Source: Guillardia theta CCMP2712
Lineage: Eukaryota; Protista; Cryptophyta
Direction of reading: 5' to 3'
DNA: 64,000 nucleotides
Assembly (NCBI RefSeq): GCF_000315625.1
Contig: NW_005434618.1
Span: 269,038 to 333,037 of the forward strand
Positions 56,983 through 64,000 of this stretch are shown here, piece by piece. Every line of letters begins with the position of its first letter. The first letter of the stretch is position 1. The position numbers were made by a program, and so were the translations under genes. The notes under the pieces were generated by a model that made no database searches, was not told the DNA's origin, and saw only the letters and a list, made by a program, of their open reading frames with translations.

Positions 56983-57618
56983 GGTGGGCGAGGGAGGGAG
57001 GGCAGGAGGTCTCAGTCTCATGCTACCCTTGAATCTACAAGTTTTTGAGAGGATAAAGTAAGGATTGACGTGTTCCTGCTTCAACCATGCCTCCCTCCTC
57101 TTCGCCGCTGCTCCACCCAACAGAACATGTGCATGTTTTCATGAACACACTGCCAGGAAGAAGAGACGAGGGTTCACGGTGGTGTCGCAGCTTCAACACT
57201 GGAGCTTCAGGGAGGGCAAGCGCTTCACACTCGCTCCTTGACTTCCTCGGATTGAAGAAAAATGTTCTCTTTTCTCCGTACAACAGGTTCCTCTCCTCTC
57301 CTCTCCTCTCCTCTCCTCTCCTCTCCTCTCCTCATCTCGCCTCGCCTCGCCTCCTACTTGTCCCTGGCCCTCTCACAACTAACCCCATAGTATTTCGCTT
57401 CCTCCCTTCCCCCTCCCTTCCCCCTGACTTCTCCTCCCTTCCCCATACCGTCTCCCTCCCCCTCCCTCTTCCCCTCGAGCCCTCCCGGTCCGCAGCCATC
57501 AGGCTCCCTTGCGTCCCTTCCGCCAGGCATTTTTCCCCGACCGCCCCCATCCCCGGCCCCCGCCCTGCTTTTCGTTTTCAGTTCCGCATTCAAGTGGCTT
57601 CGGAAGGGAGGGCGGCAG

Positions 57619-60600
57619 ATGGGGGAGGAGGGGGAGGCGCGAGGAGGCGGAGGAGGCGGGGGAGGCGGAGGCCTGCGGTCCTTGAACCTCAACCACAAGA
57701 AGCTGCGATCGCTCCCTACAGCAGCGCGAGAGGACAGGATGTCGCAGGAGGGCGAGGGCAGCAGGTCTCCCCTCCTCACCCCCAGGGTGCTGCTGTCCCT
57801 CACTGCCCCTTCCCTCGGGCGACTGGAGGCTCTTCACCTGCGCGGGAATCTCCTGAGGAGCCTGTGGGACATGCAGAGAACGCCGATGCTGGTGGTGCTG
57901 GACCTGAGCGAGAACGATCTCACCAACGTCTCCGAGCTTGCCGCCCTCCATCGCCTTCGCCAGCTCCACCTCAGCTCTAACGCCATCGAGAACCCGCAGG
58001 CCGTCCCCACGTTGAAGAATCTCTCCTTCCTCTCCCTCTCCTCCAACTTCCTCTCCTCCCTCGAGGGCCTGCAGCCTCAGCCCAAGCTGGAGATCCTCCA
58101 CCTGAGCAACAACAAGATCGACTCGGTCAAGTACTTCCCACTCTGCCCTCGGCTACAGGTGAGACCCTCCATGAGGGAGGACATGGACGGGAGCTGACGG
58201 AGATGTGGGCGCGGAGCAGGAGCTGAGCTTGAAGGGGAACCCTGTTGCGCAGCAGGACAAGTACAGGATAAGGATGATCCTTTCCCTTGCCGCTTCTGGG
58301 ATGTGCCACTTGCGCAGGTGAAAACCCTTTCGGAAGGCGAACGATGCCGATGACGAGGCATGCAGATTGGACAACGAGCCTTTCAGTGAAGAAGAGCTAT
58401 CAGCGGTACAAAGATTGGGCGCTCGCCCCTCCCTCCCTCCATCTATCCTTCCTTTCTTCCCGCTCTCCCTCCCTCCCTCCCTGCCTGCTTTACAAAAGCC
58501 GGAGCTATATCACGGGNNNNNNNNNNNNNNNNNNNNNNNNNNNNNNNNNNNNNNNNNNNNNNNNNNNNNNNNNNNNNNNNNNNNNNNNNNNNNNNNNNNN
58601 NNNNNNNNNNNNNNNNCAATCCAAATTCACCTATGATTCATATGTTCTGAGTAGTACAGGCCATCACTGAAACCCATAACTTGATAGTAAAATGCGATCG
58701 CATCACCAGCCTCGCCTCTGCTCTTTCCTTGGGTCATGAGGCAGTGCAGGCGCCGCTGGGGGCTCTGAGTCTTCCGAAGCAGGGGCTGCAGGGGGAACTG
58801 ACTCCAAGGCTGACTCGCTGACTCGGGTGGGTAGAGATCCACTGCATAGCTGCCGTGAGCCCGGGAAGAGCTTCAAGGCTGAGCTGGGGATAATTGCGCC
58901 CTGCTCAGAGGAAACTTTGCATCAACCGCCCTGTGACTGAAGGTTTTGGTGGAGGAGGAGGAGGAGGAGGAGGCAGATCAGTGGGGATGTGTAATGGTGA
59001 CAACGAAGATGAACAGGTTGGTGCAGCAAGGAGGCATCAAGCGTTTCATTTGGAGGGAATCCATGGAAATGGCCATGCTGAGGTAACTTGGAAGGTCTTG
59101 TGTACCTTCCGATCACATGGCTCCTTGCAGATCGGACAGAAAGTTTCGTTCGACTTCAGGTGGAAACCGATTTCGTACTTCGAGGTGCGAGGTCTACGGA
59201 CGAGTAACGGCAACGTAACGAGCGGGGCAGATCAAGAAACACGTAGCGGCATTGCGGGACCAAGTGGAGACGCTCGAGTCGGACATCACGAGAAATCTGT
59301 CAAAGGTGACGGCAGCGACTGTCCTGCTACTTTCACCCCTTGACAGCGGTGATGCTTCCACAGGCTCTGATCAGAAAGGAGGGAGTGAGCAGGGATGTGA
59401 ATGCTTCGGAGTCCGTTGCGCGAGTAAGCTGCCTCGAAGGGTACATGAGTGGTCTCCTCACATGACACTGGCCAGGCACTTCAAGGCGCCGAATGGCTCT
59501 TGCACAAGCTGCCGGAGGAGTTGAGAGAGGTTTGCTCCGGGTGTGAAGGGGGAGGGGGTCGTCCTCACGTGTAGACCAAAGTGCATCGGATTCGGCTCCC
59601 TGCTTGCAAGTCTGATCAGCATGCGCAACAAGATGGTTCAGCTGATCTCCACAGACAGCCAGCGGCTCACCTGCCCCATCCTCTCGCAGGCACCGTCGGC
59701 TTCGCGCTCACTCCCCACCTGATCTCTCTGCAGACTGTCCGCTGGTATCGAGTCGACGACCTGGGCAACAAGCAAGAGATCTCCGATGGCTCGGGGGACG
59801 AGTACACGTGAGTGCGACGCCATGGCCTGCTGCTGTGCTGATCCCCGCCCCTCAGGGTCAAGGAGGAGGACGAAGACTTCACCCTGAAAGCAGAAAGCAC
59901 TTGCTCCTGTACCAACTGGCTTCCGCTCTCGTTGGAGGAGCTAGAGGCGCTGTCGCAGGATGCTCCCTGCTCAGAGGATTTCCGATGTCGCGCAGAGTCG
60001 AAGGCCTTTGCCTACACGTGCAGAGTGCGGAAAGGTGATGGAGGAGGTGAGATCTCTGTCGCTGACTTGGTTCGTATCCTGCAGCCTCCAACGTGATTCA
60101 CTCGCTAGAGGTTCACCTCCTAATCCTCTTCCTCAAATCCTGCTTCTCCTCTTCTCTCCTCTCCTCTTCTCTCCTCTCCTCTCCTCTCCTCTCCTCTCCT
60201 CTCCTCGCCTCGCCTCGCCTCTCCTCGCCTCGCCTCGCCTCTCCTCTCCTCTCCTCGCCTCGCCTCGCCTCGCCTCTCCTCTCCTCTTGGGTCTTCTCCC
60301 TCACCTTCTACTGCAGCTCCTCGGTCCCTTCACGGTCGGTGCACTCGCCAAAGTTCGCTGGAGGTGGAAGGAGGAAGCGGCAGGCAAGCTTCTGCATCCT
60401 GCCACGTCTCAGCGTCACGCTCCCTTGGCAGGGCAGAAGAGCCTGAGTGTCCGCTGGTTCAAACAGGTGGATGGGGAGGAGGCGATGAAAGTGCCGGATC
60501 GTCAACGGCTCGTGATGCTGCATCAGCATCTGCCTCCCATCGACTCGCAGGCAGAGGAGACCCCTTCCTCCTCCTTCCTCATCCCAGCAGAGACCTTGGT

Positions 60601-62399
60601 AGCTCTTGTCCTTCTCTCCTCCAGCCTGCTCTCCAGCTGACGGCTCTGCAAGGGAAATCGCCTGTGGGTCGAGCTGCAGGCTCGTAGCAGCAGCTTCCCT
60701 CCCGTGCAGGTGAATGAGCCTCGCAGGGCAGGAGCGACTTCTGATGTTGCAGCAGAGGAGCTACTGGGTTGCGTCCTCCCGCGTCCTCGCAGAGAAGGTC
60801 TCTTGTGCGAGTCGTTTACTGCTGCGATGATGGTCTGCTGCGTCGCAGGATCCGACGAGTCCATCGGATGCTCCTCGATCCTCGAGGCACGAACAAGTGC
60901 AGCAGGTGAAGTGCATTTCTTGTCCTCCTGCCTTGATGCTTCTTCTTCTTTCATCTTGCGGCGACAGTCAAGGCTGGCGGAAGGTCTGCAGATTCTGCCT
61001 TCTCTTGCTCACTCTGAGATGCCCAACAGTGGCAAGTGGGGACGTGCTGGAGGTAGCGAGAGAGGAGCCGCAGGTTCACGTGTGCTGGTCGTGTGCTCCC
61101 TTCATCCCTGACGCTGATCCCGTCCAGGAAGCGATGGAGCGGGCGAGCTCCCTGGCCGTTGCGAGTCGCTCGAGCCCGTTGGGATGTGAAGCTCTCTTTG
61201 ATCCGGACCCGGTGGAGCATGTCGGTGGCGTCGTGACGTGTCACTCCCTGTTCGCTCCTCCTCGCGATGGCGAGCTGGACGCCTCAATCACCTGCGACCT
61301 GGTGGGCCTGGCAGAGGAGGGAAGTCTCCTCCAGCTCGAGGTCCACAGCGGTGGGATCCTCCTCCAGCCTCGAGAGTTTTCTGTCGACTGGTATCGAGTG
61401 CGGGGCGAGGAGGAGGACGAGGAAGCAGCGCACTCTCAGGCCGAGGCCGCACTGGGAGGAGCGAAAGGAGGAGGACGAGGAGGATCAGGGGGACGAGGAG
61501 AGCGAGGAGGGAGCGAGGAGCCTGCGGGTCGCAGTGTGGATGAGCAAGTCCATCTCTCCTCCTCCTCCAGCTACTCGCCCTCACGCGACGACATCTCGCA
61601 CAACCTCGTCGCCCTCGTCCGCGTGCCGGAAGCCTTCAACAGCCTCGACAGCGAGAAGTCCGCAGAGTTTCGCCTCCTCAGCCCCCAAGTGACCCCGGGC
61701 GAGCCAGCGGTCTCCAACTTGAGGATCGTGCGCAGAGAGGGGAAGGAGGGGAGGAGTCTGATCCTTGAGGGGGGCTACGCTGGAGGGGAGGAAGGAGACT
61801 CCCGGTTCCAGTGGCTTCTTTCCTCTCAGGATGGGGAGGTCCAGGTGGTCGGTAGGGAACGCGAGCTGCGACTCGTCAAGGTACTTCACCTGACAAGTAT
61901 CGATGTCGATGACCGGAGGATGCAGGACTTCATCGGGTGTCGTCTGCAAGGAGGCTACCTCCCCGTCCGGTGGATCTTCATCTTCAACATCCCCTGGCCT
62001 CCTTTCCTCCTCACCGCTCCCTCCTGCCTGCCTCGCTATGTCGTCTGCATCCATCGTCCATCCCTCATCCTGGCCTCTTGTCCCTTGTATCCTAGTCCTC
62101 TTCAACACCCTTCCTCCCTCCCCCACCCTTGCGTCCTTCCCGCGTCTGTATCCCCCTTCCCCCGCTCATCGTTCACCTCATGATCCCCGAGTCGCTGCAT
62201 GCTCCATCTGGTCTCTGACTGCACGAGCAGGGCGGATGGGAGGGAGGGCGCCTGGACTTTCTCGGAGCTGTCAAAGAAGATAGCCGTCTACGACGTCTAC
62301 AACGAGGTCCAGCTGACGGACAAGCGAGGAGGAGGAGGAGGAGGAGGGGGAGGGGGAGGAGTAGGGGTAGGGGGAGGAAGGAGAAGCGCGAGGCAATGA
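57619..62399 (+). CDS. AIR9: AIR9-like microtubule-associated protein (N-terminal LRRs plus A9 Ig-like repeats); spans an N gap
   Basis: LRRs LEALHLRGNLL, LVVLDLSENDL, LRQLHLSSNAI, LSFLSLSSNFL, LEILHLSNNKI and cap ELSLKGNPVAQQDKYR. A9-like units VRWYRV..GDEYT|VKEEDEDFTLKAE, VDWYRV..YSPSRDDISHNL and PAVSNLRI..YAGGEEGDSRFQW..DFIGCRL..YLPVR|ADGREG. Confidence 0.75.
58517..58616. other. Assembly gap (100 N)
   Basis: Run of N. Confidence 1.
60150..60287. repeat. (CTCCT)/(CTCGC) pentamer microsatellite; the same family occurs at 57288-57355
   Basis: Seen directly; probably intronic. Confidence 0.9.
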
Positions 62400-62419
62400 G
62401 CGGCGCCTGTACTTTTAAA

Positions 62420-64000
62420 CTTTTGTGAGGCCGATAAGGGGCAACTCGATCAGCCCTGTCTCCCTCCCTCCCTCCTCCACCTGTATGAAGAACTTCAGCC
62501 TGTCGTCTCAGCACACACGCTGCTGACCTGCGCGTACTCCAGCTTCTGCACCTTCCCTGATTGCAAGCGATCTCTGCGGGGGAGAGAAGTCAAGAGCAAG
62601 GGGAGCAGGGAGCAGGGCCCGCACACCTGAAGAGCGACCGGCGCAGGAGGATCTGGACAGCCTTCTGCACGCCCAGGCAGTGATCGTCGGGCAGGGGTGC
62701 ATCCTGTTGAGAGTTTTGGCGGTCGAAGATGAAGGAGAACGCCTTCAGGATGTCTTTGTTGGAGCACTCTACGGGAGCGTCGAAATGAGAGGGGATGATC
62801 CTCTTCACGTCCCACCTCAGCACCCTCTTCACCCAGCTCCTGGCCAGCTCGGGGTCGGTCTCGTACACGAACAGCCTCAGCTGAGGGCAGACGTAGAGCT
62901 TGTCGGTGAGCTTGTCAAAGTCTTCGTCCTTGTAGGGAGTCTGGATGGTGTAGATCTGCATCTGATCCATGGCCTTCTTCCTTGCCGGGCTCCACTCCTT
63001 GGGATAGAGGTTAAACGGAGCCCTCCGGTCCCTTGCCCCTGTTTCGGTGATCCAGTCAGTCTTGGTGCTGCTAATGTACGTCAGGCTGTCCGTGACCAGC
63101 AGCGTCTTGGATCTCTTGTGGAAGAGAGCAGCCTCGGCGGCGTTTGCGAACTGCGGGGCATCGAAGAAGAGAAGCTCGTGCTCGATCTCCCTCGCCCAGG
63201 GAGGAACGGGGCTGGCGGGGTAGGTTACCCCGTTGAGAATTGCCTGCTGGAAGTTGTTGGTCAGCCAGCCGTCGATCCTGATGGGCCGGACGAGGTCGAC
63301 GAAGAGACCGAGGCCGGCAGGCATGAGGTTGGTGAGCCCCGGCACGTAGTTGAAGACGCCGGGGCAGGCATAGAAGGAGGCCTGCGGGAACTTGTCGACA
63401 AAGGAGCGGCAGAAGAACTTGTGCTCGAGGGCGGTCGAACCAAGGACGATGTGCTTCACGTCTCCCAGGGAGCGAACCATGTCGAGGCATTCACCAGTGG
63501 GAGCGATGGGGTTGTGGACGAGGATAGAGCCGTCCTCGAGCCTCACAGCCGTCATCCTGATGTTCACTGAGATGTTGAGGAATCCTATCGCCTGCTCTCC
63601 CCGATCAGAACACACCATGGATGAACCTCTCCGGTGCCGAGACCCTCACCTGCTCTAACATCCACATGTCCGTGGGAGGTTTGCCACCAAAAAGCGATGA
63701 GGAAGGGAAAGTGAGCTTCTCCATGTGTGTCTTCCTGGCGAAGTAAGGGTACCACACAGGGTTGAAAAACCTGCCGCACCGATCGTTCTGCTGTTAGTCT
63801 CCCTCATCATGAATGAACCACTCACCTTTCTTTGCTATCAGCCAGGAAGAGGTTGTTAATATCTGGGGTGCTGAAGAACATGCGCTCTCCTTTGCTCGGC
63901 GAAGCTCGCTTATTCGATACAACGACTGAAGAAACATATGGTCTACCACTTGACAGGGCGGGCATGAAGGAAGGGGAGAACGAGGAGGAGCAGGAGGGAA
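62420..64000 (-). CDS. DUF4336-family protein (cyanobacterial/algal type), 5' end at or beyond the right edge
   Basis: MWMLEQ|AIGFLNISVNIRMTAVRLEDGSILVHNPIAPTGECLDMV..VKHIVLGSTALEHKFF; EAALFHKRSKTLLVTD; WDVKRIIPSHFDAPV. Confidence 0.85.

Noticed and set aside
62680-63570. Long antisense ORFs (also 34800-36072 and 46465-47205)
   Set aside because: Shadows of GC-rich codon usage on the coding strand, with no recognisable motifs.
1-64000. Autonomous transposon, viral insert, rRNA or prokaryotic defence operon
   Set aside because: No transposase, reverse transcriptase, integrase, capsid or rRNA signature seen. The bacterial-like genes (efp, pepF, GH31, DUF4336) all carry spliceosomal introns.

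Overview
Gene-dense eukaryotic nuclear DNA, not prokaryotic. Genes are split by many short (about 43-57 nt) GT-AG and GC-AG introns with a CTGAC/CTAAC branch point near the 3' end. Two genes carry bipartite signal + AxA-F/Y plastid-targeting presequences, so I infer a red-lineage secondary-plastid alga, most like a cryptophyte such as Guillardia. About 20 genes are visible: a TPR/EF-hand protein, a 2381-aa apparently intronless IQ/Sfi1-like protein, GNL3/Nug1 GTPase, a divergent zf-4CXXC_R1 protein, plastid EF-P, a SHAQKYF-class Myb, a GH31 glycosidase broken by an exact 439-bp tandem duplication, a bZIP-like factor with 14 kinase-type motifs, a SHPRH-like SNF2/RING helicase, an anoctamin, a plastid-targeted M3B oligoendopeptidase F, a CFAP96-like protein, an AIR9-like LRR/A9 protein, a DUF4336 protein and several hypotheticals. 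The most unusual non-coding signal is a set of structured intergenic islands at about 18, 25, 31.5 and 38 kb (smaller ones at 14.3, 52.6 and 55.4 kb). They combine GC/CCGG-rich, AT-rich and TACCC-rich blocks, share short motifs, and each large one precedes a putative regulatory gene. Two 100-N assembly gaps are present. Gene models were spliced by eye, so ends of hypothetical genes are approximate.
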